Assembly: GCF_009914755.1 (NCBI RefSeq)
Contig: NC_060928.1
Direction: 5' to 3' (one strand)
Origin: the human T2T-CHM13v2.0 reference genome, Homo sapiens
Length of the DNA: 64,000 nt
The first letter of the stretch is position 1. Each line of letters begins with the position of its first letter. This document shows, piece after piece, positions 22,266-44,848 of the stretch. Under the pieces are notes generated by a model that saw only the letters and a list, made by a program, of their open reading frames with translations, had not been told where the DNA came from and searched no databases. The translations under genes were made by a program, and so were the position numbers.

Positions 22266-23493
22266 GAAGGCTCGGGTACAACAGGGTGCTGGGAACAACA
22301 CCCTGGACACCCTCAAATTCAAAAGTCTCTCACAAACCCATTCCAATAAGGGTTAATTAGGTTAACCACTAGTTCTGAAATCAGAGACACCTTGGGAACA
22401 TTCTATAACTCTTTGTAACCTGGCAGTAGTTATGCAAATCAGGTCATTATTTTCTCAGTACACGGGGAATGGATCACTTGGTGACAATGAAAGCATCAGT
22501 AGGAGAGTAGAGAGAAGGGCGCCAGCCATACCTCCTAGTTTTGCCTATAGTTGCAGGCAGGAAATTCCTGGGTGGCCCCTGACTCAAGATAACTGGTGTT
22601 TATTAAGAACCTGTCCTGTGTCAACCCCAGACCTGTAAACACTGTGTTCTGGCAAGAAAGACTGTAACTCTTAAACATGTACATGTGCTATTTTGCATGT
22701 AACTATTTTCTATAAATGTTGGCATCTTTCTCCAGAACCCTAAGCCTCATTCATGTAAAAAAAACATGTGATCTTGCCAAATTAAGGTACTTCTGTTTCT
22801 TCTGACCTTACATGCTCTCTTTGAGGTAAATACGGAGCTACCTCAATGTCTCAACTCTCTGTGAGGACTCTTTCTCCTTCATTCAGGGGGCCCCTTTGCC
22901 CCTCCTGGTTGCCCAGGGAAACCTGCATATCTCAAGGGTGGAGGCAGGAGGGCGGAGAGGGGACTGGCCAGTGCCTGTCCTGCTGGCCTCCACTGGGGTG
23001 TTGCTCATCCTGGTAGTGCCTGGGCACCCGGGTGTCTTCTGTCTACTGAGGTGTGGCTGCTCTAGTCTCTTCTTTCCGGGCCCTGACAAGGCTTTTTGTG
23101 AAGATCTTGCATGGTGGAGGTGCAGAAATCCTGTCCCAACCTCAGTCCTCTTGTGGTTCAGCACTTTGGCATCAGGATTGCCCATATCCTACAGAGGGGC
23201 AACTGGGGGTCCGGGCATGGCACATCAGTCTAGACCCTTCTCCTGCCCCGTGCTCTGCTCCTTCCCCGGCATGTCCCCTCACAGCAGGCTCCTCTGAGAG
23301 GCGTGTAGTCAGTCGCCTGGGACTCCACCTTCAATGTCCTCAGATTCCCCTAGCTGGGTACCCCCATCTTATTCATAATTTATGTGGTGCTTGAAAGCTT
23401 TAGCTATGTGGCTATTTCAAACATCCTCCCCATATAATATCCTGTAGTCCATAAATATTTACTATAAAAAGTAGTTTTCTTTAGAAAAGGTAT

Positions 23494-23817
23494 ACACCCC
23501 TCCCTGGATATCCACAGGGGATTGGTTCCAGAGCCTCTGCGGATAGCAAAATCTGCAGATGCCCAAGTCCCTAATACAAAATGGGGTAGTATTTGCATAG
23601 CTTCTATGTGTATCCTGCTGTATACTTTAAATCTCTCTCGATTACTTGTAATACCTTATACAATGTAAATGCTATGTAAATGGCTGTTATACTGTTCAAA
23701 ATTTGCATTTAAAAATTGTGGTACTGTTATTTTTAAAAATTTTCCCCCCTGAATATTTTCCATCTGTGGTTGGTTGAATCCAAGGATGCGGAACTCCCAG
23801 ATACCGAGGGCTGACTG
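23494..23817 (+). mobile_element. MER2 (TcMar-Tigger non-autonomous DNA transposon)
   Basis: ggggattggttccag...caaaatctgcagatgcccaagtcc and terminal gataccgagggctgactg. Confidence 0.8.
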
Positions 23818-23874
23818 CATATCGTTTTAGTGTGTGTCCAAAAAACTCAACAATTCTTACTTAGCATTCAGAGA

Positions 23875-24100
23875 AGCAACGGAGCATAGCGTGGTGGTGA
23901 AGACAGGCAGTCCGGAGCCGCCCTGCTGAATGCCCGCTCCATTCCTCGCTGCCTGTGTGACCTTAGGGAGTTAACCTCTCTGTGCCCGTTTCCTCATCTG
24001 CAAAATGGGGATCGTGGTAGCACCTACCTCGTAAAAGTGTTGTGAGAATTAAACAGTTGATCCATTACGTGCTTAGAACAGCACTGGCACAAAGCGCGAG
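23875..24100 (+). mobile_element. MIR
   Basis: Core tgtgaccttagggagttaacctctctgtgcccgtttcctcatctgcaaaatgggg. Confidence 0.8.
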
Positions 24101-24208
24101 TGCCGTGGTGGCTGCTGTCCGTGTCATCACGGCCGTGGGAAGCACGCCAGGTGAGCAGGTGGCACAGGCCAGATGCTGCCGCCTGTGTATAGTTAAAGGA
24201 GCCTTTTA

Positions 24209-24930
<722 letters not shown>

Positions 24931-25226
24931 GGGACGGCATCAGGCCGGGCCTGGGGCGGGGCGCGGCGCTTTCCGCAAGCGGCCACCCGAGGGCGCGCTG
25001 GGCGGGCGGCGGCGGCAGACCACGTAGCCAGCCTGTAAGCCACAGCGGACGCAGGGGGCCGCAGCGGGTGCTCAGCCCTAGGGCCGAGCGGGAGATGTGC
25101 GGCGAGTGCAGAAGGGCGGACCCGGGATGTCCCGGGTTTTCGAGCGGGGAGCCGCCTGCTGAATGCCCTTCTGCTGCCCTCCGTTCCCGCGGCTCCCCTA
25201 GGAGCCCCGCCCCGTCCAACTCTTAC

Positions 25227-25236
25227 CCGGGCTCAT
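25227..25236 (-). CDS. CCDC110: CCDC110 exon 1 coding part: ATG AGC CCG G (MSP-E)
   Basis: gcggcgATGA context, donor CGG|gtaaga; splicing to exon 2 gives [13 protein letters not shown], the CCDC110 N-terminus as I recall it. Confidence 0.88.
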
Positions 25237-25305
25237 CGCCGCGGCTCATCTCTCTCGCAACCGCCGCCGCACGCACCCGCTCCGCCGCCCCGCGCAGGGC
25301 ATCCT

Positions 25306-25318
25306 GTCGCCAGGTAAC
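25306..25318. promoter_or_regulatory. RFX X-box GTCGCC-A-GGTAAC
   Basis: Matches GTNRCC-N(0-3)-RGYAAC, ~70 nt upstream of the CCDC110 ATG. Confidence 0.6.
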
Positions 25319-26208
25319 CGGGTGGCCGGGGCGCCGGCCCCACCCCCACCCTCGGCGGCGCGCGCTCGGCTGGGGTCCCTGGTGGGGTCCCGGTGGGTCC
25401 CTCCTCACTCCGGACGCTTCCCCGAGAGCTTCCCTGGGAACCTGGCCTGGGACAGCCCACCTGGGCGCCTCCCCGCACACGCGCGCGGCTGTCCAGGACG
25501 GGCTTGCTCACACTCGGACTCGCTGCGGTACCCGCCGGACCAAAGCGGTGCGGAGAAAGGGACCGCCCGGGGACGGACACACGCCTGAGAGCTTTCCCTT
25601 TGCCTTTCCACATCTCCACTTCATCGCTGTTGTTTTTTTTTTAATTCTTAGTCCTCTCATTTCAGCGCATCCCTCAGAGGAGTTTCAGCATTTGGGGATT
25701 TGAACGGCCCATGACCAATATTGTGAAAGGACTTTTGTTTGCTGCAATGAAAAGAAGACTCCTATTTTCCAATAATGAATTAACCTAAACATGTATTAAA
25801 ATATGCTCATGAAAGCTGTGGGAAGCGACGGTGGGCTTCCTTTGTCTAAGCATGTTAATTTTTACGCACCTGGTGTATCACGTGCAGGATTGATGTTGCG
25901 TTCACGGGAAACCCGACCTCCTTTAACCAAGGACTGGGTGCGTGCCCCCAGCTAATCCTCCTGCCCATCAGAAAATGGTGCTCTTTAAAGTTTTAAACGA
26001 GTATATATTATTTATTTTGTAGTAAACCATCACACATAGAAAATTAAAATTCAAAATCACAATCACCAGGATATCATAATTTGCTATATAATAACATATA
26101 ATATATAATAAGTAATACATGATGGCTTGCTTTCATTGAAATGAAACTTCTTATGATAGTTTCAGTGCTTACTTCCTCTAATTTGTTTCTTATAGAAATG
26201 GGCTCTAG

Positions 26209-26720
<512 letters not shown>

Positions 26721-26811
26721 CTAGAAGATTTGACTTTCTTGTGGCATTGTAGACAATTTTAATAAATTATAATTTTGAGAATTTATGGTCTGCATTGCTG
26801 ATTGATATTGA

Positions 26812-27466
26812 TGATTCAGGAGATAGAAATTATTTAGGCAGATAGGGCAAAAGAGTCTTCAGCAGAACTTCTAACAAAAAACAGCTCAAGAAATCATTTT
26901 TTTTTCTAACAAAGAGCAGCCTGAAAGCCTGCAAACCTTGCAAAGATAGATCAGGAAGCTGGAAGCGTGCACACCAGGGCGCAGGGGGTTGGGGGGCAGC
27001 GTGCAGGTGGATGCCAGCAGCTGCGCCGATAGAAAAGGGCTACCTGGGGGCCAGGCATGTCCACCATGGAATCTCCATCTCCCCTTTTTTGTTAGCACGT
27101 GTACAGTAAGAAAGAGATGGGCGATATGGAAAAGCTCAGTCAGAGAACCCACCTGCGTAGTAAAAGATTGGGGTGGGGGCTGCCAGAGATTCATGCCCTA
27201 TGCAGATGGCACACCTGGTCCTAACTGGTTTTTCACACCCTATGTAGATCAGACTGCCTCCCCATTAGCTCATCTATAAAATTCTATAAAAAATATTTCA
27301 CAGCGAATTGGCAACCCGGGGACCCCTTTCTGTAGCGGAGAGCTTATTCTCTTTCTTGTCGCCTATTACATTTCGGCTCTTAACCTCACTCTTTGTGTGT
27401 CTGCATCCTTGATCTCCCTGTGAGACAGCAAACCTTGGTGTCAGCCCACACAATGAGGCTGCTTCA
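26812..27466 (+). mobile_element. MER50-like ERV1 solo LTR
   Basis: TG...CA ends (tgattcaggagatagaaattatttaggcagatag ... gaggctgcttca); 4-bp TSD ttga; TATA-like ctataaaa near 27274. Confidence 0.78.
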
Positions 27467-28858
27467 TTGATAAAGTTAATTTTTTTCCTGAGAGCTACAC
27501 AAGTTTTCAGCAATATGTTTGTGAAATTACTACTGTAAATAAATTGCATTCCTTCAAAGGGTGAATGACAAAAAGCCACTACATTTTAGCAAGTCTGTTT
27601 TTATACTACTGAAGTTTCCACAATTAATTACTATATTGTATTTTATGTAATGCTAATTATTAATATCTAATCATTTGATAATTTATGTAATAATGTGTAA
27701 TAACTCTAATTTGTCTATGTAATATTTGTGGACTATGATGACAAATTAATATCGGTTATTACATAGAAATTACTTGCGGATTTTTGTGGGAGCACTCAGT
27801 CATACCATTTAGTGTAGAATATAAAAAGCAGGTGATAGATGCTACAACATCAAACTCAGATTTAGCCAGTGCACTAATCTCAATAGAGAGTTACTTCCAT
27901 TTTAAGCTACTTCCTAATCCATTCATCAGTCAGAAAAGCAGCTCTTTAGTTAGAAGGACACTTTATTTTAGATGTCCTATAAGGCCTTTTGATTATCACA
28001 CTCATTTCTCTTTTGTAAAGCACATCATATATATATTCTCAGTTAAAACAAAAATTTTGTCAGAAAATTATTGTAATTAATATGTAAAAAGGCTGTCTTT
28101 GGAGCCAACAGTTATAATATTTTAAAAACTGTTTTCAATAATAAAGATGCCTATGATTTGAATATCACCCTCTCAGATGAACCCCCTCGTGAAGGGCCTC
28201 ACATGAACATTGCGTGCGCCAACCCTGGTATTCGAGGTGGGAGAATCTGGAAGTGGTAATTAGAGCATTGACATGTCTCTAAAAAAATGGGGGTGGGAGG
28301 TGGTCACAGCCCTTTAGGGACATTCACTGCAGTGTGAAATGTATGTTGAGGGAGAAATCTTATTTGATCACCCATGGCCACTTAAAACCATTTTCACCTG
28401 CGCTTGAAACTGCCTGCATTTTGAACTCCGTGGCTGACCGAATGATGGGCCTCTCTGAAAAGGAGTTTCCTTATCTGTACAACTGTGAGCCAGTAGTGAG
28501 GATGAGTGAAATCCCAGGTGAAGGGCCTACTCCAGGAGAAAGCAGAGTGGTCACATACGGGGCTGACAGTGAATGGCAGGTCTAGAGCCCCGTCTAGGGT
28601 GGGATTCCATAAACACTTTTGAAATTTTTTTTTCCTGTGGTTCTTCTTTGAAAAAACTTGACACTTCAGTGGAAAAAGATTCAATTATTGTAGCTCAAAT
28701 ATTAGAAAAATGTATATTTTAAAGAGATAGTAGAATGTGTTGTCTAGTTTATATTGTGTGTGAACTTTGATGAACTTGCCAAGCTTCTAAAAATAAAAAA
28801 ATTGTTTGGGCATCTCAGTGAGTGCGTGTTTAGATGGCCTATAAAATGAAAATTTCTC

Positions 28859-29501
<643 letters not shown>

Positions 29502-29532
29502 TTACTTATTAAATTACTTTTTTTGAGTAATT

Positions 29533-29610
29533 TAAAAATAATGAAAAGTACAGAGTGATGTAACTAACGCCTAAAAATAATGAAAAGTACAGAGTGATGT
29601 AACTAACCCC
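29533..29610. repeat. 39-bp tandem duplication (1 mismatch)
   Basis: taaaaataatgaaaagtacagagtgatgtaactaac(g/c)cc x2. Confidence 0.95.
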
Positions 29611-30022
29611 CTGCTTCAATCTTCCAGAATTAACAATGACATCTGTTGGCATATTTGATTTTTAATTATTATTTTTTTAAAATTACGTAGAGTTGAACTC
29701 CCCAGCATTTCATATCCTGCTCCTCCTTCCTCACGTCCTTCCCTCAAGAAACCATTATTATGAATTTAGGGTGCAACCTTCCAGTCCATTCTTATATTTT
29801 TATGGTTATTATATATATTTGTGAATAATATATAATAGTTGTTCTTGTCTAAAACATTTTCATAAATAATATAATTTATGTTTTATTCTACAGCTTGCTC
29901 TTTTTTCTCAACTTTTTTTTTAGGTCTATCTGTATTTTTAAAAATAGATCTTTAATTCAATTGTAAAAATGGGCTTGATCAATCTTTCTGTTCTTCCAGT
30001 GTATTTGTCTTTTTGGCCTCCA

Positions 30023-30320
<298 letters not shown>

Positions 30321-30329
30321 CCTGCTCTC

Positions 30330-31700
30330 CATTATTTTTAAACTTTGACATGCTCACCAAGTTGTAGTAAAATCAGGAGCACAGTATGACACACATTTAT
30401 TTTTCTCCTGAAACATTAAGAGTGAGTTGCTGACATGACATTCCATCACTGTTGAATACTTTGGTGTGCATCTTACGAGAAATCGCTCCAGCTCTCCAAC
30501 AGGAGAACAATACAGCCATCAAAATCTAGAAATTAACACTGAGACATTACTACCATCTAATCTTCAGGCCCCATTCATGTTTCACCAATTCTTCCACTAA
30601 TGTCCTTCGTGGCAAAAGGATCTAGTCGAAGATCTTGCCTTGCATTTCATTATCATGACATGTCTCTATTTTCATCTGAACAGTGCCTCAGTCTCTTTGA
30701 CTTCCAAGACTTTGACACTTTTGAAGATTCTAGGCCAGTTATTTTGTAGACTATTCCTTCTTGCGGCTTTTTCTGATGTTTTCTGGGGATTAGATTCAGA
30801 TCCTGCATGTTTGTCAGGACTATCAGAGGTGACGCTGGTTCCTTGTCATTGCATCCCATCAGGTGGCACGTGATTTAGATTTGTCCCATCAGAGATGATG
30901 TTCATTTGATGACTTGACTAAGGTGATGTCTCCCAGGCTTCTCTATGGTGAAGTTATTTTTTTTGCCTCATATGTAATAAGTATTTTGTGGAGAGGTACT
31001 TTGTAAATATTCCATTCCTCATCAAACTTTCAGTTTGTTCATTTATTTATAATTATCTGTGTGGACACAGAGTTTCTTGTACTTGATGGGTTACAATGGG
31101 TTTTCTGTCGCTAACAATATTGATATCATTGCTCAGTTTCCCAATTTTGTCAGTGGCCTTTTCTGTAGCTGGCTTCGGCATACTTTGACTCATCCCCCCT
31201 TCGTTACTGGAGCACTTTGTTTTCTTGACACAAGCAGATATTCCTGGCTCATCTTATATTTTCCCTGCCCTGACTCTGAAATCAGCCATTTCTCCAAGGA
31301 GGCTTAGTTTTCTTTTAACGGTATTTCACATTCATTTATGAGGGGGCCAAGTGTACACGTTGCTATAGGAGCGTAACTGTTCCCAGGCCATCTTGGTGGA
31401 TAGAGCTAGGGAATGTCTGAATGCATATGCATGTGTATATGTGTGTATGTATGTGTATGTATTATGTATATGTACATACATGCATATACAAACATGTACA
31501 CAAACACACATGCACAATTACATCCTTATTTATTTCTATATCTATCTACATATATTGAGAACTATACATTCATGATACCTCCAATTCCAGTTCAATATCA
31601 TAGCACTCTTTCTAATTTTCTTACTTTTCATATTTATAATTTCCTTTACCAAAAAATGAGAAAGGTGGCTCCCATTATCCTTTATAGATTTACGTATTTG
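30330..31700 (-). mobile_element. Old L1 (L1MC/ME-like) 3' region with a (TG/TA)n stretch at ~31420-31520
   Basis: Motifs resembling an ancient L1 3' UTR in reverse; subfamily uncertain. Confidence 0.55.
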
Positions 31701-33587
31701 GGCAAACCTCTTGCAGGCATCCACTCTCTCAGTGCCAGGCTTGCATCCCAGTCCCCATTTGGTACCCTTGTCATCCCACTTAGGTTCCAGTGCCCTGCAC
31801 TGTCCCTCCTTCCTATCCTACTAGCACCCTGAGCCTTATATTGGGCCTGTCGTCTGTACAGACCCTGTTCTCACCTGGCTTGGGCTCCGTCGCCCTGGGC
31901 TGGGCCTCCTCCATGTGTAGAGGACCTCTTCCCACTCCTCGGGCTCTGGCATTGTGCACCAGCCAGTCCCAGGCTCTGGCCAATGATACCGGTGCTCCCT
32001 CATGCGTGGATGGTCTCCTTTTCCTCCTGGGGATTAGACACGCAAAGTGTGCTTTTTGCAAGCTCATGAAATGATCCTTCCATATTTTTTTTCTAAAAGC
32101 TTTATCTTTCATATGTATATCTGCTATTCATCTGGAATTGATTTTTATACAGAGTGTGAGGTAGGGGCCAACATCCATTAAAAAATAAGGCTATCCAATT
32201 GATGTACCATTTACTGTAAATAATATAATTTCTTACACCAGCTGTATTTTAAAATATATTTTTAAAATGCGTTTTTCCTATGTGTGCTCTCAATCTACCA
32301 TGTTGACCCTAAAGTTTCTTATTGCAAAGTTGCTAAAGTCAAGTAAGGTGATTATTTGCTTATCTAGAACACAAATTAGAATTAACTGAAGTCAAAGGGA
32401 GTAGTACAATGAAATTTCCTTTCGACTTCCAAAGTGGAGAAAACACCATTCTCCCCAGTGAGGCTGGAAGGATCCGGTCCTCTGAGCTTTTCCCAGCCTC
32501 TTTGGCTGCTGCTGAGGACTCAGTATCTTCTACAGCATGCACATTTTCAATATGTAGGAAATAAAGGGTCAGTGATATCCACAAAAACCTGGCAAAAGTA
32601 TGCAGAGTCCCCTTGCCCAGGCCCTCCTGACACCTCCTTCTCCTGCGACAGTGATGTATGTTCGTTACCCTGTTTGAAATAGGGAAACAAAGTCTAGAAC
32701 CTTAATACTCTGGAAGATGCTAAATCTCCTCCTTCCTTAATGTAATTATTACCCCAATAATTAAGTTGTGGGTGATATATTCTTGCTTATGTGTCATTTT
32801 ATTGAGAGTTGCAGAATTTTAGGAAAAATGTTGTTTCCAGATTTATGTGGGAATATGAAAATATGAGGTTAGGGAACTTTAAAAAACTCTTTGTAATTGG
32901 TCAGTACCAGACTTCCTAATTCCGAAACTTTGGTTCTGCCCCAACCCATAACACATTACAATTCTAGGGGTTAGCTCAGTGTTTAATCTAAATTTTACAA
33001 GAGTATAGAGACCGTATAAACATCTTCAGAGCTGAAAGTTCACAATACCTGATGAGGCATCCCACTCCACCTGCAAAACCTCCTTCTTGTGGTGAGACTT
33101 TCTATTTTACTCGGCCCCATGTCAGATAGAGGGTAGAGCATATTCTGTAGGGGGTTGGGTATGGTTTCCCTGGCCACATATGTTAGTCAGTCCACCAACT
33201 GCCCTGAAAAAAATCTTTGACTTTTTTTGATTGTGAAGGTCATTTGCTGAAGGATGGAATTAAAATCTGAAGTACCAATTTAAACAAAAGCTGTGAGTCA
33301 CAGTATTTCAAAAATCTTCAAACAGTAGCTCCTCCTAGGGAATCCTCTTCACCTGTTGACTAACAGCTGCAGATTTAACAATCTGGAGTAAAGTCAAGAG
33401 CATTGCACAAAAACAAGCTAGGGAACCTATTCTTAGCAACTTATTACCAGACTAAAATACTTCTGGGCTTTTCAGTTTCATAAGACCTTTTTTTAAACCT
33501 GATATCACAAGGCTATTATTAATCATAGATGAAATCTATAGTAGCATGAAAAAACGACCAGATTGCCCTTAGGGTACAAGAAATTTG

Positions 33588-33916
<329 letters not shown>

Positions 33917-35999
33917 TCACAGAGAGGACCCATGTGCTAGGGACTTAGGATGTCTTGGGTGGGTAGTGGCCCTTCCTTCCGCAACTCAAAGGCTTTATCC
34001 AAATACAAACACCTCTTCCCCCAGCCTTCTTTAAGTTGCCGTTAGTGTTAGTGTTAACACCTGATTTCATCTATATGCGAATGAGCTCCATAAGCCAATA
34101 AGGTAAACTCCAGCTGTGGCTCTTAGGAAGTTAATTGCTGCTTTAAGAGGGTTTATTTAATGCTATGGTGGGTTACTGAGAGAGTGATGTTGGTTTAACT
34201 CTAACAAGTTTGGTGTGCTAAAGGGTCAGACATAGAGAAATATCAAAGTAGCTCGAGAAGGAGCAGGTGTTAGGGAAAGGGATATTTTTAGGATGGGTTG
34301 GAGTACTTGAGCATGTTTGTAGGCTGGGAATAAGAATCAGTGGCAAAGACAGTCTGGGTGCAAAAAAATAAGTTGGAAAGAGAACTTGAAGAATAGAGTA
34401 ATAGAATAGGAATTGAGTGATAGACATGACTCGGACCAAGAGGAGGACAGAGGACTAACAGTCTCTTTGAATGTGTGAAGGTCTGGCCGTTTTGTAGAGA
34501 TGACAGAGACAGAAGCAACGGGGAACACACTTTCTTTGTAACAAGGTCCTTAGGTCCAATGAGTGCTGTCTGTGAAGTTTACTACGGGTGAGTAGGTGTC
34601 ATCATTTTGAGTCTGTCAAAGGCAGTAGTCTCTGTAGCCTCTTCCAGACTGAGGAGTCTTTAATTCAACTTGTAGTACATGAGCCCCTTTTTTTCTTTTT
34701 CCTTTTTTATCTGACTTTAAAAGTTAGGAGAGCCCCTTTCTTTTTGATGCCAAACTGCCTTCTAGTTTTTAGACACTTAAAGAGCTGCACTGCCTCAGGC
34801 CACTTGTTTTACATTAATAATAATGGCATGTTTCCCCTTGCTATATAAAGTTACCATTAATGTGTACTTTCAATGGAGCTAATTAATTTGCAATGATAAA
34901 TGCATGCTCCTTGCTTGATTTCTGTTGTGAGCCACGCATGAGTTAGAGGTGGCATTTATGACCATGGAACAGAAAGAAACTTCTAAATTGCACCAAGAAC
35001 CTGGCCACATTGACAGCGTGCCCTCACTAAATGGAATGGCCAGCCTAGTTGACACAGGTGAAGACAATGTCAAAAACAGATCATTGAGTATTTGAGTATT
35101 AGAGGTCTCAGAGATCATCCTGTCCTCCCTCCTCATTCTGCAGATGGCCAAGCTGTGCCCGCATTCCAAGTCCTTATCCAGAGCTCTCTCCATGACAACC
35201 TTCTTAGTGACAGTATTACTTAATATTTTTATTATTCCACACTGCTTTTGCTAGCACTCATGGAAGAAATGATTTTTATTCTAAAGAGAACAAACATGGA
35301 CTATAACTTATCAGTGATAAAAAATAAAACCATACAATAGAGAGGAGGAATTTTAATAATGTTTAAATTTCATAGGTGTAAAGATTTCCAAACCATCTTA
35401 CTTATTACTAGTGAATATTGGTGAGTTTACATGCTTTTTTCCTTCTACCTGTTTGGCCCTGTACAAAAATCCAACTCTCTGAAACTTTCCCTCATCTGTA
35501 AAATATTTATTTGGCAAAGTTGTTATAAGGATTAGAAATAATGTGTCAGTAGCTGGAAATCTTACTCAGAATTGACTTTAATTCTGTTAGTCTTCTAAAT
35601 CCTTAAAGAATTAAGAATTGCCTTGAAATTACCATTGGATATAACAGAGTATTGTCAGTGAGTCTTTGGTGGAGTTGGGTTTCATGTGAGATCAGGCTTT
35701 TAAAACTGCCCTCCTCAGATGAAGAAAAGCTCCAGTGAGCTCCATGAACCTGATCAGTTTCAGTGTGAAATATCAGCTCTCTTGGGATCCGCAGGAATAG
35801 GAATCCAGCTCTGTGAACGTTGCAGCTTGATATAGTTGTGCTCATTTAATTGACCCTTGATTTTAGTACCAAAGAATAATTGGAAGAAAGAGGAACGTCA
35901 TTTTGGATCTGGGATTGAATAGTGAAAATTATATATAATAATAGTTTCTTAAGGGATTACTTACAGTTTACTTAATAGGTGATGTGTTTGATATTTTTG

Positions 36000-36500
36000 T
36001 ATGAATTATCTTAATTCTTACAACAACCCTGTAAAGTAGGATTATCCTAATCTTATGGGTTGATGAAAATGAGGTCTGGAGAGATTTCATGATTTCCCTG
36101 TTTCTTAAGCTGACAGGTAGAGAGCTGGGATTCATGTCACCTCTGCCTGAGTCCAAAGATCATTTTCGTAACCATTAGGCTCTGATACCTGAAGTAAGTT
36201 ATATTGAAACGGAATCCAGGAGACAATTTTGACAAAGCTTACTGAGAGCTTTGTGATTCCATGAAAACTTTGATTATCCTAAGTGAAAAGCAAAGAGCCT
36301 GGATTCTAAAACCAGACTACCTGGATTCAAATTCTGCCTCCATTTACTACAGGAGAAAAGGAATAACCTCTATGTCTCAGTTTCCTCATCTGTAAAATAG
36401 GAAGACAAAGAGTGGCTACCTCACAGGGCTGCTGTGAAGAGTGAATGAGTTCATGCATGTAAAGCATTTAGAACAGTGCTTCGTATATAGTAAGAGCTGT
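36000..36500. mobile_element. Two MIR fragments in opposite orientation (~36000-36160 minus, ~36290-36500 plus)
   Basis: gatgaaaatgaggtctggagag and tctcagtttcctcatctgtaaaatagg cores. Confidence 0.7.
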
Positions 36501-36689
36501 GTGTTTGCTATTGATATTATATCAGCAATGATCATGCATTTCCAGAAAAGGGATTTATAAAACATCTAAATAAGGAAGAATATTTCTAACCATGTTGTTT
36601 CATTTGACCCTAAACATTTCTGTTCTTAGGAATGTATATACTTAACAGATTAATGACACATACATATTTATATTAGTGTTCTTTTTAAA

Positions 36690-44350
<7,661 letters not shown>

Positions 44351-44440
44351 GTAGGCTGCTGATTTTAATAATGAACGAGGGCTTTTGGTTTTCAAAGCTG
44401 TCACGGAGCTGGGGCTCAGGAAATAGGACTGGGGAAGTTA

Positions 44441-44848
44441 ATAGGTTGGTGCAAAAGTAATCACGGTTTTGGACTGTGAATTTTAAGTCATTATAACTAG
44501 GTTCGAAACATCTTTATTAATCAAAATAGGAACCATTACAATCAATACATTTTGGAACCACCACTGCACTGCTCCTGGCCAAATGCATTGTTGGTGTTGT
44601 GAGTTGTCTCTGCTCCTTTATGACGCATTTTGAACTTGAATTAAAAAAATTGCTTGAATTTGCTTTTTGTCTAACATCATTTCCATAGTCTAAAATAAAT
44701 AGCAAGTAATGTCATTAGCAAAAAAGCATAACGTGAGAAATGCCCATTAAAATGATGTATCACATAACCACATTTATTTAAGAATGTATTCCAACATCAA
44801 ATGGCAAATTCCAATGAGAAAACTGCAATTACATTTGCACCAACCTAA
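44441..44848 (-). mobile_element. Internally deleted Hsmar1 mariner element with both TIRs
   Basis: TIRs ataggttggtgcaaaagtaatcacggttt and aaactgcaattacatttgcaccaacctaa; minus strand reads MEMMLDKKQIQAIF (transposase N-terminus) fused to CIDCNGSYFD* (C-terminus). Confidence 0.9.

Larger units (their letters stand above)
25080..25825 (+). ncRNA. Putative two-exon antisense lncRNA overlapping CCDC110 exon 1 (intron 25314-25665; outer ends are estimates)
   Basis: Donor CAG|gtaacc at 25313/25314; strong acceptor tgttttttttttaattcttagtcctctcatttcag|C at 25665/25666; ATTAAA at 25795-25800. The start site cannot be read from the sequence. Confidence 0.5.

Noticed and set aside
31410-31520. Near-palindromic TG/TA/CA stretch (similar at ~43275-43440) as a hairpin RNA gene
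   Set aside because: Degenerate dinucleotide repeats are self-complementary by composition.
44517-44705. Active mariner transposase
   Set aside because: Frameshifted, and most of the gene including the DDD catalytic domain is deleted.
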